A stretch of DNA of 64,000 bases from Candidatus Heimdallarchaeota archaeon (GTDB lineage: Archaea > Asgardarchaeota > Heimdallarchaeia > Hodarchaeales > Hodarchaeaceae): contig DXJL01000113.1 in assembly GCA_019057635.1 (NCBI GenBank), forward strand, positions 32,001 through 96,000, given 5' to 3'. The notes beneath the pieces were generated by a model that saw only the letters and a program-made list of their open reading frames with translations, did not search any database and was not told the DNA's origin. A program made the position numbers and the translations under genes. Below are positions 10,252 through 19,417 of this stretch, in pieces. Every line of letters starts with the position of its first letter. Position 1 is the stretch's first letter.

Positions 10252-11163
10252 ATGACATGGCACAAGAAAGGCAAGGCAAATTTGACAAAACTCCGTCTTC
10301 TGAGGACTTTTGTTCAATTTATTATGTTTTTATTAATGAATTTATCCTTTTTTCTAATTGGTGCAACTTGGCTAGTTTTACCAGTAGTAATGCCCAAATC
10401 AATATTCACCACTTCAGAAGGGGCATTTGATCTCCTTCAGCGTATGCTTACTACCGCTATTATTCCATTAATTCCACTGGCGTCTTTTTTCTTGATTGGA
10501 GCCGTTTTTGGAAGGATGTTTTGCTCCTGGGGATGCCCATTCGGTTTATTTCAGGACATAATTGGTTTCTTAACCTCTAGATTCAACAAATATGAACCTA
10601 CAAAAGATACAAATGATAGTTATAGACAGATAGGGGAATTCATTGTTGGAGGAACTGTTTTGGTATCAGTTGTGATCGGTATTGGGATAGGATTGGGTGA
10701 TGCAGAACAGGTAAAAGCATCTTTTGGGGTTTTTTCTGAGCAACCTTGGACAGCTTTAAGCCCCGCGACTTTCTTGTTTACGGTGATTCCTTTACTCTTC
10801 TACTGGGGAACTATTGATACCTTTTTTAGTTGGGAGACGTTTGTTCAAATAGATATATTTTTCTGGATTCGCTTTTTAATCTTCGCAGGAGGGTTAATAC
10901 TTATCATTTACGTTCCCCGAGGTTGGTGTCGATGGTTTTGTCCTGTAGGAATTATCATGGGCCAATTAGGTAAGAATTCTATGATAGGCGTTGGTAGAAA
11001 CATCTCAAAATGTACCCATTGTGGTATATGTGAAGATGTTTGTCCAATGGGTGTTCGAGTATTATCTCATCCTCCAGAGAAAGTTCGAAGTGAGCATTGT
11101 ACAAATTGTCTAGATTGTGTTGCAGCGTGCCCTGAAGATGCTATGGAAATTAAATTCCTCTAA
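10252..11163 (+). CDS. NapH/MauN/YccM-type membrane 4Fe-4S binding protein
   Basis: GRMFCSWGCPFG and WCRWFCPVG motifs, two CxxCxxCxxxCP ferredoxin motifs, TM helices. Confidence 0.9.
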   Translation: MTWHKKGKANLTKLRLLRTFVQFIMFLLMNLSFFLIGATWLVLPVVMPKSIFTTSEGAFDLLQRMLTTAIIPLIPLASFFLIGAVFGRMFCSWGCPFGLFQDIIGFLTSRFNKYEPTKDTNDSYRQIGEFIVGGTVLVSVVIGIGIGLGDAEQVKASFGVFSEQPWTALSPATFLFTVIPLLFYWGTIDTFFSWETFVQIDIFFWIRFLIFAGGLILIIYVPRGWCRWFCPVGIIMGQLGKNSMIGVGRNISKCTHCGICEDVCPMGVRVLSHPPEKVRSEHCTNCLDCVAACPEDAMEIKFL

Positions 11164-11204
11164 ATTAGTACACAAATGCTTTCTTTGAACGGAAAAGATT
11201 CTTC

Positions 11205-11453
11205 TTAACCCCAACGAAGGCGATCTATTTCACGATCTTTCTTCAACTTCTTCTTTATCTTTCTGTAGTGATCGCTGCATAAATGTGCTTTAGTTACTTT
11301 ATCTTTAACTGATAAATTCAGTCCAGCTTCTTTAATTGCAGCACCAGCTTTTTCTTTCGAAACAGTTTTCTTGCTCTCATTCGAGCAACCTTCTACATCG
11401 CAATTTTTCTTTCCTGGAATTTCTCTCACATCGCTCTCAAAATTCTTTTTCAT
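11205..11453 (-). CDS. Small putative zinc-binding protein
   Basis: CDVEGC...HLCSDH; overlaps the stop of the upstream KaiC-like gene (ATGA). Confidence 0.7.
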   Translation of the reverse strand: MKKNFESDVREIPGKKNCDVEGCSNESKKTVSKEKAGAAIKEAGLNLSVKDKVTKAHLCSDHYRKIKKKLKKDREIDRLRWG

Positions 11454-12205
11454 AAATAAGGGGCAAGTTCAATATGACCAGGACTAGGTTGAAAAGAGAA
11501 TTTGGCATTTTCTAACTCTGATAGTGACATTCCAGGAACCTTTATTATCTGAAGAATGTCTGTTGGAGAAGGTTCTTTGCCATCAGAAGTCTCTTTTGTT
11601 AACCTGAGCACTCCATCACAATAATGTTCCACAGCTTGTATTATACGAGGAGAATGAACATCTCTGTGAAGTGTTAGAATACTTACAATTCCCATTTCCT
11701 TATCAGTGGCTATCTTATGTTGTAAAAACGCCATTGGCGCTTTGAGACTTTCTGATACAAGTAGGATTGTTGTTAATGAATCAAGAACACCACGAACAGG
11801 TTGGGAACGAACGTGCAGTAATGCTCTTCTAATTTGATCAGTTACTTCCCTAGGTTGTGTAATATCACGAATAACATTTTCTCCTGCAGTACTCGGTCTT
11901 CCTTCAGAATAACCAAAAGGATTTGAAAAAGCGTCCAAGAAAACAAGTCGTTTTGTTTCAAATGTAACTTCAGAAATATTATAGGGAACAAATAGAGGGG
12001 AATAATGCGAGAATAGATGCTCTGTTGATAAAATATATCCATATTCACCTGTTCTTAATCCTTCAGACAAAAACTGTACAAGAATATGTTCTGTATTTAT
12101 ACCTACTTCATCTTCCACCAATATTATGGATCCACGAGGAACCCCTCCACCTAAAGCGTCATCTAAGAGCGGAATTCCAAATTTAGCGCGATCTTCCATT
12201 GACAT
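11450..12205 (-). CDS. Single-domain KaiC/RAD55-family protein with degenerate Walker A
   Basis: GIPLLDDALGGGVPRGSIILV, LDSLTT and DGVLRL motifs; P-loop reads EDEVGINT rather than GxxGxGKT. Confidence 0.85.
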   Translation of the reverse strand: MSMEDRAKFGIPLLDDALGGGVPRGSIILVEDEVGINTEHILVQFLSEGLRTGEYGYILSTEHLFSHYSPLFVPYNISEVTFETKRLVFLDAFSNPFGYSEGRPSTAGENVIRDITQPREVTDQIRRALLHVRSQPVRGVLDSLTTILLVSESLKAPMAFLQHKIATDKEMGIVSILTLHRDVHSPRIIQAVEHYCDGVLRLTKETSDGKEPSPTDILQIIKVPGMSLSELENAKFSFQPSPGHIELAPYL

Positions 12206-12534
12206 CTTCTAATCTCCACACTATTCTTTCCTGATCAAGTAATTTAAAAATCTGTAAATATCTGATAATATGTACTTTTTCTCTTTTTTCTTTGTTTGAT
12301 GCTCAGTCTTGTTCATTTTCGATGATTTAAGAACTACCTATATCGTGACCTTAAAAGACTGTCTGTTTTACTTACCAGAAAGTTGAATATATTTGGCTTA
12401 ATAAGAGGTAGATTAATTATCTGGCAATTTATAAATAAATTTAAACAATTGCTTACTTATGGTTTGTAGTAGACTCTCTGAAACACTAAAATAAGGAATG
12501 ATGCGAACTTAACAATTGTCGGAGTCAAATACGA

Positions 12535-13323
12535 ATGAAGATTGAATTTATTGGAATACAAACGAAAATCATTACTACAAATGATAGAGATATTGTCCAG
12601 TTTGTTAAAAACGCCCTGAGGGAAAATGAATGTGAACTTCAGGATAATGATTTTGTAATTATAGCTAGTAAAATAATTTCAACAGTAGAAGGGTGTCAAC
12701 ACAAAATTTCTGATATTAAGGACATTAGACAAGAATCTTATGAACTAGCACAAAAATCTCGACTCGACCCCCGATTTGTGGAATTAGTTTTTCGTGAATC
12801 TGATGAAATAGTTGGTGCAGTACCAGGTGCAGTGCTTGCATTAAAAAATGGTATTCTTCAAGCAAATGCAGGGGTAGATCAGAGTAATTCGGGTGGTAAG
12901 GAATATTACATAACTTTACCTAGAGATCCTGTTGAAACTGCTAATAAAATTCATTTACAACTTGAAAACGAGTTGTCTGTCTTAATTGGAGTTATAATCG
13001 CTGATTCGAAGACCCATCCTTTACGTAGAGGTACATCAGGTTTTGCACTGGGTGTTGCAGGATTCTCACCTATAATTGATGACCGAGGAACTATGGACCT
13101 TTTCAATCGAAAAATGAACATAACTACAAGAGCTTTGGCTGATAACCTTGTATGTGGAGCAGAAATATTAATGGGGGAATCAAATGAGCAGATCCCAATA
13201 GTTATCGCAAGAGGATATGAAAAGATACCAGCACAAGCAATAATAGATGTTTATGAAAATAATGAACTGATGAAAATGAATCCTGTTCAATGTATCTATA
13301 TAGGTCCGCTCTGGAAGAAATAA
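12535..13323 (+). CDS. CofE-family glutamate ligase (likely FolC2-type folate glutamylation)
   Basis: SKIIS..EG, ANAGVDQSN, IIADS..PLRRG and GESNEQIP motifs; adjacent to folP. Confidence 0.88.
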   Translation: MKIEFIGIQTKIITTNDRDIVQFVKNALRENECELQDNDFVIIASKIISTVEGCQHKISDIKDIRQESYELAQKSRLDPRFVELVFRESDEIVGAVPGAVLALKNGILQANAGVDQSNSGGKEYYITLPRDPVETANKIHLQLENELSVLIGVIIADSKTHPLRRGTSGFALGVAGFSPIIDDRGTMDLFNRKMNITTRALADNLVCGAEILMGESNEQIPIVIARGYEKIPAQAIIDVYENNELMKMNPVQCIYIGPLWKK

Positions 13324-13342
13324 TTATTGAAAGGGATTAGAA

Positions 13343-14212
13343 ATGCAAATAGTTGGTGAAATTGGAGGTATCTCTTTTGGAGATGGATATAAGACTATAA
13401 TTATGGGGGTCATGAATCTTTCACCGTCTTCTTTTTACAAAGGAAGTATTAAAAAAACTCCAAGCGACATTCAGGAGAATATCCTTGAGTTTGTAAACGA
13501 AGGGGTTGATATAATTGATGTGGGAGCAATTTCTAGTGCACCCTCATTTATCTATAATTCTGTTGAGGATGAATCGGAATCTGTGGAATTAGAAAGATTA
13601 AAGATGTTTTTTGATGTAATAAATGAAATAGGTTGCAATATTCCCATTTCTGTTGATACTCAATCCCATAAAACAGCCAATTTTGTGTTAAAATCCGGTG
13701 CATCCATGATTAATGATATTTCAGGTTTAAAATCCGATCCAATGATGGCAGACACAGTTTCTGGTTATGACGCTTCGGTTTCTGTAATGGCTTGTCAATT
13801 TCAACCAGGAGATGTATTTAAAATCCCTGATATAATAAATGAGTTGGAAAAAAGCAAAGAATTAGCAGTAAACGCTGGTATTTCACGAAAAAAGATAATA
13901 ATAGATCCTGGATTAGGAGCTTGGGTACCAAAAAGAAATACAAAAAATGATTATATGATAATTAAACAATTAGAGAAAATGAGAGTTATAGACCAGCCTA
14001 TATTGGTTGGTATTTCACGAAAATCGTTTATTGGGGCAGTAATAGAGAAAACTTCCGAAGAACGATTGTGGGGATCCTTAAGTGCTACCTCCATTGCTAT
14101 TTCAAATGGAGCTCATATTGTTCGAACACATGACGTTAGAGAAACCAAAGATGCATGTTTAGTAGCTGATTACATAAAATTCCTAGATGAAAAAGAAACT
14201 TCTTATAAATGA
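13343..14212 (+). CDS. folP: Dihydropteroate synthase
   Basis: MGVMNLSPSSFY, ISVDT, INDISG, IDPG, SRKSF and IVRTHDV motifs. Confidence 0.93.
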   Translation: MQIVGEIGGISFGDGYKTIIMGVMNLSPSSFYKGSIKKTPSDIQENILEFVNEGVDIIDVGAISSAPSFIYNSVEDESESVELERLKMFFDVINEIGCNIPISVDTQSHKTANFVLKSGASMINDISGLKSDPMMADTVSGYDASVSVMACQFQPGDVFKIPDIINELEKSKELAVNAGISRKKIIIDPGLGAWVPKRNTKNDYMIIKQLEKMRVIDQPILVGISRKSFIGAVIEKTSEERLWGSLSATSIAISNGAHIVRTHDVRETKDACLVADYIKFLDEKETSYK

Positions 14213-14267
14213 TTCAGAGATTGAATATATGATACATAATCTTAAAACTTCAACGTAGGTTTACACT

Positions 14268-14873
14268 TTGACCAATCTAGATGAATTCTTTGGGGATAAT
14301 CAATCCCAAAATGTTGATGCACTAATCGCAGTAACCAAAAAATTCTTTGTGTTTGTTTCACAATTAGCAGAAATTGTCGATGATCTGGAAAGAAAGTATG
14401 CTGAACTGAGTAGTAGAATTAGTCAGATTTCCCAACAACCTTCGGCTCCACCTCAGCTCTCTGCTCCAGGATTAACCTCTTCACCCCCTGATTCTCAACC
14501 AATTGCTCCATCAGTTGGTCCTTCCCCACCAACCGCGCCTCCACCAAGCTTACCCACTCCACCAGCATTTCCAACTCCTCCATCGCCAGTACAAGCTCAA
14601 CCATCAGCAGTACCTACACCCGTTTCCGCGAACGCTCCCCCACAGCCTGCTGGATCCATGCCATCACCATCTAGTCTTCCACCCTTACCTGGACAATCAC
14701 CTGCCCCTCCATCACCAGGTTTAGCGCCACCTACCGTAGGTGGACAAATGGGAGGTGCACGGCCACCTACGCCTCAGGCTCATCCATCCCCAATGAGTTT
14801 GAAAGCTCAAATGAATATGGAATTAAAGGAAGCTTTTTCTCGAATACGTAAGGGATGGGATGAAGAGAAATAG
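14268..14873 (+). CDS. Proline-rich protein: coiled coil, polyproline, amphipathic helix, W-acidic tail
   Basis: 201-aa ORF with TTG start; ~120-aa Pro-rich middle; ends MSLKAQMNMELKEAFSRIRKGWDEEK. Confidence 0.8.
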   Translation: MTNLDEFFGDNQSQNVDALIAVTKKFFVFVSQLAEIVDDLERKYAELSSRISQISQQPSAPPQLSAPGLTSSPPDSQPIAPSVGPSPPTAPPPSLPTPPAFPTPPSPVQAQPSAVPTPVSANAPPQPAGSMPSPSSLPPLPGQSPAPPSPGLAPPTVGGQMGGARPPTPQAHPSPMSLKAQMNMELKEAFSRIRKGWDEEK

Positions 14874-14889
14874 ACAATAATGTTTGTTA

Positions 14890-15840
14890 TTACGTTCGTA
14901 CACCATACAGCAAATTTGCCAACTCTCTTAGGTGTACAATCCCTCTTATTTCATATTCAAAAGAGGGAATTTCTTGTAAATCGAATTCATCATATAAATC
15001 TTTAATTTTGCCTAAATTCTTGAGTTGATCATTATATCTATTCTTGCAGTATGTACACTCAGGATTATCAGGTTGAAGTTGGTTAATGTATATTCGTTTA
15101 ATAGGAAAAGCAACCTCAAATAATGTACGAATTAATCGCTCAGTTTCCCAGATTGCCATGACTGTAGGAATTGTAACTGCGACAAATTCAGTCTCTTCAT
15201 GATTGCTAAGATGAGTTCTCGCAATCTCAACCTGATCTCTCAATTCCTCTAGTTTATCAAAAGCATCTTGTTCATCAAGATCTGTTCCACCACCAATAAG
15301 AGATTTAAAACCACTCATCAATCCTCCAATACGACGGCGCATTTTTATCAACCGAAATAACCAATTTTGGGTCAATTCAGGTAATTGCAAAAGTTTTAAT
15401 GTGTGTCCAGTTGGAGCAGTATCGAAAACAACGATATCGTACTCGGGGTTCTGAATGAATTCTAACAACTGGATAAACGCGACTGTTTCGTCAGTACCTG
15501 GAGGGGAGAGAGAATTAGCATCTCCATCTCCTAATAATTCACTGAAAGCACCTGTTGGATCTTGTTGGCTTATCATTTCTGAATATGTACTCATTGCCTT
15601 ATCAGTACTCAGTTCAATTGCCCATAAATTATCAACATTATTTACCTTTATATAATCGTCTCCACCTATCTGTTGATCTAAACTATCAGATACAGAATGA
15701 GCTGGGTCAGTTGAAACTAATAATGTATTGTGACCTAAATCTGCAGCTCGGATAGCTGTTGCTGCGGCCATTGTGGTCTTTCCAACACCCCCCTTCCCTC
15801 CAAAAAATAAAAAATGTTTGTTAAATATTGAATTTGACAT
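14890..15840 (-). CDS. Get3/TRC40 (ArsA-family) ATPase
   Basis: GGKGGVGKTT, STDPAH and DTAPTGH motifs; Get3-type CxxC (CTYC); single ATPase domain. Confidence 0.92.
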   Translation of the reverse strand: MSNSIFNKHFLFFGGKGGVGKTTMAAATAIRAADLGHNTLLVSTDPAHSVSDSLDQQIGGDDYIKVNNVDNLWAIELSTDKAMSTYSEMISQQDPTGAFSELLGDGDANSLSPPGTDETVAFIQLLEFIQNPEYDIVVFDTAPTGHTLKLLQLPELTQNWLFRLIKMRRRIGGLMSGFKSLIGGGTDLDEQDAFDKLEELRDQVEIARTHLSNHEETEFVAVTIPTVMAIWETERLIRTLFEVAFPIKRIYINQLQPDNPECTYCKNRYNDQLKNLGKIKDLYDEFDLQEIPSFEYEIRGIVHLRELANLLYGVRT

Positions 15841-16160
15841 AAAAGGGGAGGGTAGGGAACTAAAACAAGAATCTTTTGTTGAGAACTAATTTCGAATGAG
15901 TCCTCTAGAGCTTGATCTCAGACAGGATTTTGCATCTGAGGGTGTTTCTTTTGTCTTTCAAAAGGAATTTATCTTTTCTGATCGGTCAAATATTGTGGAC
16001 TTCTTTCTTGCACACCATACCTTCTAATAATTGTTGTACTACATATTCTCATGACTGAATTTATCGGATATACGCAAAAAGATAACTTTGTTGCATCACG
16101 ATGGAGACTAGCTACAGCAATGAGCTAGTTGATGACCTCAGGTGAATACAAATGACAACA

Positions 16161-16360
16161 TTTGATAGCATTTGTAATAACCGTTCTGAAAGACTTACCC
16201 AAAGAGGACAGCTAGGAATAATTGGGAAAAAATGTTCTTAACTATCTTTGGAGCTGTTCTTCCTGATTCAGCGACGCGAGCCGGCATTAATGCCGGTCTT
16301 ACCGCCTCTCCACAGGCGTTTAAGGTCTCCGCAGAACTCTCGGCGACGGGAAGTACACAT
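16161..16360 (-). ncRNA. Putative TnpB omegaRNA (scaffold plus flanking guide)
   Basis: GC-rich island with the tnpB-3'-end motif, a GCCGGC-ATTAAT-GCCGG hairpin and an ACAGCT..AGCTGT stem, running to the IS607-type AACGG end; boundaries approximate. Confidence 0.6.
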
Positions 16361-16650
16361 GACTTTCCAGATTGATTCGCAGCTTTTCTTCTTATAAACC
16401 TATTAAGCCCTGTAATCAAAACAAATTCGCTTGTTTCCCGCTATTCTAATAGCAAGACGTTACCTAGCGCGTCATTTTAGGTATAATCCCATGAGATCGG
16501 TTGAACACTCTGTTAATCATGGATTGTAATCTCTACCCCCTTCTCCTAAGATATCCTGCCTTCTATTTCTCTTCTTTCCTAAAAATCATCTTGTCCTATT
16601 TGTCCATAAATGTCCATATCTGTCACTCTATCCGACAACAGTATTTAACC
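16181..16650 (-). mobile_element. Non-autonomous IS607-family element (MITE-like) with tnpB 3' remnant
   Basis: On the minus strand the left end is GG|TTAAATACTGTTG with ~10-bp-periodic GGACA repeats. It contains a decayed AAINL tnpB end and ACGCCTGTGGAGAG..GTAAGACC..GAATCAGGAA, and the right end is ..GTAAGTCTTTCAGAACGG. Confidence 0.72.
16591..16625. repeat. Phased TGTCC/TGTCA repeats (IS607 left-end array)
   Basis: TGTCC at 16592, 16601 and 16611; TGTCA at 16621. Confidence 0.75.
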
Positions 16651-16708
16651 CTAAGATTTAACAAGACATTCAAATTGGGAATAATTATACCTATATTAGG
16701 CGATATTT

Positions 16709-17314
16709 ATGTGGGCTGTATCTAAAAGGTCTCAACTTGCTAGAAAGATAATTATCAGCTTTGTTTTTGCTATCCTCTGCTTTAATTATTTATCAGTGCA
16801 GGTTAAGGCATCTCCATCAAAAACAACAAATGTTTCTAACACATATCCTAGCTTATTTGTTACTAAAGTTGTTGATCTTACAGAAGTTACATTAAATGAT
16901 TCATTTGTTGTAACGATTACGATTAGGAATATAGGTAATAGCACGGCATATAATGTTACCTTTATTGATACTTTAAATGCTCCTTGGGTTTTTGACGTGG
17001 CTGGTTTGACAAAAATATCTTACAGCTGGATTGAACCTAATCAAACACGTATATTTAGTTATATAGTTACTGCCCTATCCTTAGGAGAGTTTCAACTTCA
17101 TTCTGCACGAGTTTACTACCATATATCAGATCAAACCGATACCGAGTTCCTAGCTTTTAGTAATTCACTGGATATTGCTGTAACTAAGGCAGAGGAAGAT
17201 CTTTCGTTGGCAGACCTCAATTCTGCTATAACCTTCTTACTTATTCTATTTATTCTCAACACAATTCTTACATTACGATTTGTAGCACCTAAGTTAAATC
17301 GAAAGAAACCTTAA
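16709..17314 (+). CDS. TRAP-beta (SSR2)-like / DUF11 Ig-fold type I membrane protein
   Basis: Signal peptide; LFVTK..V...I.N.G.S.AY.V...D and LGEFQLHSARVYY as in SSR2; C-terminal TM with basic tail; NxS/T sequons. Confidence 0.75.
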   Translation: MWAVSKRSQLARKIIISFVFAILCFNYLSVQVKASPSKTTNVSNTYPSLFVTKVVDLTEVTLNDSFVVTITIRNIGNSTAYNVTFIDTLNAPWVFDVAGLTKISYSWIEPNQTRIFSYIVTALSLGEFQLHSARVYYHISDQTDTEFLAFSNSLDIAVTKAEEDLSLADLNSAITFLLILFILNTILTLRFVAPKLNRKKP

Positions 17315-17328
17315 TTTTACTTTTAAAG

Positions 17329-17898
17329 TTGTTAAATCGAGAAAGGAAAATGGATACTCCCGTCCCAGCTCTATTAGTGGATAAACATGTTATTGTTTGG
17401 AATCATGACCTTGGAAGTAAAATCTATCAATTAGGATATTTTGGATCACCAGTTGGGATAAGAAAACCAAAATCTCCGAGATTTGAACGGCCTCTTGAAC
17501 TAACTTTATTGGAAGCTGCGTTTCTATTAAAAAAAAATATAATTCGAATCTCCGAGAATAATCAAGAGATCTCTCATGATAAGTTCCTAACCATCTGTAA
17601 AGAACGTTTTGCTAAATTTGAGGATTTGTACGCGGTTTATAAGAATCTGCGGGATAAAAGATACATCGTACGCCCTGGACTTAAATTTGGAACTGATTTT
17701 TCCGTATACCGCAGGGGTCCAGGAATTGATCATGCGCCATTTCTCGTCTCTATCTTTCCAAAAGAATCGACTATCGAACCTATTGACTTAGTCAGAGCTG
17801 GAAGATTAGCCACGTCAGTTCGTAAACGCTATGTTATAGCGACCGTCTTATCAGATCAACAAATTAGATATTATGTATTTCAGTGGAATAGACCATAA
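17329..17898 (+). CDS. endA: tRNA-intron endonuclease, catalytic subunit
   Basis: VYKNLR, GLKFGTDFSVY..GPGIDHA and SVRK (Tyr/His/Lys triad intact). Confidence 0.95.
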   Translation: MLNRERKMDTPVPALLVDKHVIVWNHDLGSKIYQLGYFGSPVGIRKPKSPRFERPLELTLLEAAFLLKKNIIRISENNQEISHDKFLTICKERFAKFEDLYAVYKNLRDKRYIVRPGLKFGTDFSVYRRGPGIDHAPFLVSIFPKESTIEPIDLVRAGRLATSVRKRYVIATVLSDQQIRYYVFQWNRP

Positions 17899-17907
17899 AC
17901 CAGCAAA

Positions 17908-18597
17908 TTACTCAAACGCGTTTGAATAAATGCCGACTTGAGGTTCAAAGAATTCACCAGACTCCAATAATTCTGTAATTGCATCATAAATTTGCGCCTC
18001 ATCAATATTTGGTAATTTTACGACAATGTTGTCCATTGTAACACCATTTCCTTGATCCAATTGTTTGACAAGCGTTTTTAATTTATTTTTTAAATCTTCT
18101 AGTGATGCAACACCAAGATCAATTCCTTCAACGACTGCAGATTTTACTTTGATCTCTGTATCAATGTGTTGGCGCTGTTGAACAGTTTTTAATTTGTGAT
18201 AAATAAACCAATTATCATCCTTGATATTTTCTACAATATCAGGAGTAATAAACACATCTACTGTATCGCCTTGTTCAGAAATTTGAATTTGCCCAAGTAT
18301 TTCGACTTTATCCCACTGAGAAATAGATTCGATACTACCATCCCAAGCTTTTACCATTGTAGCTCCACTCCCATCTTCAATTTTTAATCCAACATAATTA
18401 TTTTCTCCTCCGTATTTCTCAGTTACAACACCAACTATCCATATCCGGAACAGAGTTGATCCATCAGCAGTGATTAGACGCCAACGTTCTTCACTATCCT
18501 TTGTAACTTCTGCACTATTTATGTTCTGAATTTTGACTCGTTTATAGGGAGATCGTCTTTTCATCTGTATTCTCTCATATATTTTGAGTTTATTCAA
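17908..18597 (-). CDS. RPA32 (RPA2)-like ssDNA-binding subunit
   Basis: OB fold (RIWIVGVV, IEDGSG) with C-terminal winged helix (AITELLESGEFFEP). Confidence 0.8.
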   Translation of the reverse strand: MNKLKIYERIQMKRRSPYKRVKIQNINSAEVTKDSEERWRLITADGSTLFRIWIVGVVTEKYGGENNYVGLKIEDGSGATMVKAWDGSIESISQWDKVEILGQIQISEQGDTVDVFITPDIVENIKDDNWFIYHKLKTVQQRQHIDTEIKVKSAVVEGIDLGVASLEDLKNKLKTLVKQLDQGNGVTMDNIVVKLPNIDEAQIYDAITELLESGEFFEPQVGIYSNAFE

Positions 18598-19075
18598 CCC
18601 AAGACTTGTTAATTAGATCAAATGATACGTAGTCTTCACTTTCAAATAGTACGCCTAACTCATATAGTGCCCTTTCAGGTTTATCTGACGAATGAACAAT
18701 ATTTTTTGTTAAATCAATACCAAAATCACCACGGATAGTTCCAGGTTCAGCTTCAGGTGAGTTAGTCGCTCCCGCTAATTTTCTTACGATCTTAACGCAA
18801 TTTTTTCCTTGGATTGAAATAGCAACTAAAGGACCTGAAAGAATAAAAGATTTCAGTAGTGGATAAAAACCTTTTTCAACATGAATGTCATATAATTTAT
18901 CTACATCATCCTCTGTCAATTTAATCATTTTTAAAGCATTTAACTTTAAACCCTTTCTTTCAATGCGGGAAATAATTTCTCCTATTAAGCCTCTCTGCAC
19001 TGCGTCTGGTTTAATTACCAATAATGTTTTTTCTGTCATTTTTTCACACGATTCCTCTGTCACTTCGAGATTCAT
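18590..19075 (-). CDS. ndk: Nucleoside diphosphate kinase (start possibly 19039)
   Basis: IKPDAVQRGLIG, PGTIRGDFG and NIVHSSD motifs. Confidence 0.96.
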   Translation of the reverse strand: MNLEVTEESCEKMTEKTLLVIKPDAVQRGLIGEIISRIERKGLKLNALKMIKLTEDDVDKLYDIHVEKGFYPLLKSFILSGPLVAISIQGKNCVKIVRKLAGATNSPEAEPGTIRGDFGIDLTKNIVHSSDKPERALYELGVLFESEDYVSFDLINKSWVE

Positions 19076-19281
19076 TTGAAATCTTATTGAATGGGAAGAA
19101 ATGATACTGGTCTTATGAAGCTACTGTAAAGGAGAAGATGTTACCTTTTTACTGGTTATCGTTTTAAATCAAATTAAAGGTCGAACTAATTAAATAAGGT
19201 ACTTGTTTTCAACTATAATAACAAATTGGCATTTTTTGATAAATTAAATCACATATTACTTCTCGATTAAAAATCTACAAT

Positions 19282-19341
19282 AATAATAATTTCACGTAAA
19301 AAATGGAAATCAATAATAATATCACGTAAAAAATGGAAATC
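19282..19341. repeat. 30-bp tandem duplication upstream of hppA
   Basis: AATAATAAT[T/A]TCACGTAAAAAATGGAAATC twice, one mismatch. Confidence 0.9.
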
Positions 19342-19417
19342 ACTTCGATAAGACCTTATTCTCAATACAGGTCAAAGGAATTTCTAATATTTGGATTTTT
19401 GTTATTTAAAATGAAAG

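Noticed and set aside
14419-14724. Alternative-frame ORFs (His/Leu-rich and antisense)
   Set aside because: They are frame shadows of the Pro-rich gene.
14890-15840. Arsenic-resistance ArsA
   Set aside because: It is a single-domain ATPase with a Get3-type CxxC and has no ars genes nearby.
16195-16419. 74-aa ORF containing 'TLNACGE'
   Set aside because: It is a read-through of the decayed tnpB tail/omegaRNA and has no RuvC or zinc-finger domain, so it is not treated as a gene.
19282-19341. Possible CRISPR repeat
   Set aside because: There are only two adjacent copies, with no spacer and no cas genes.
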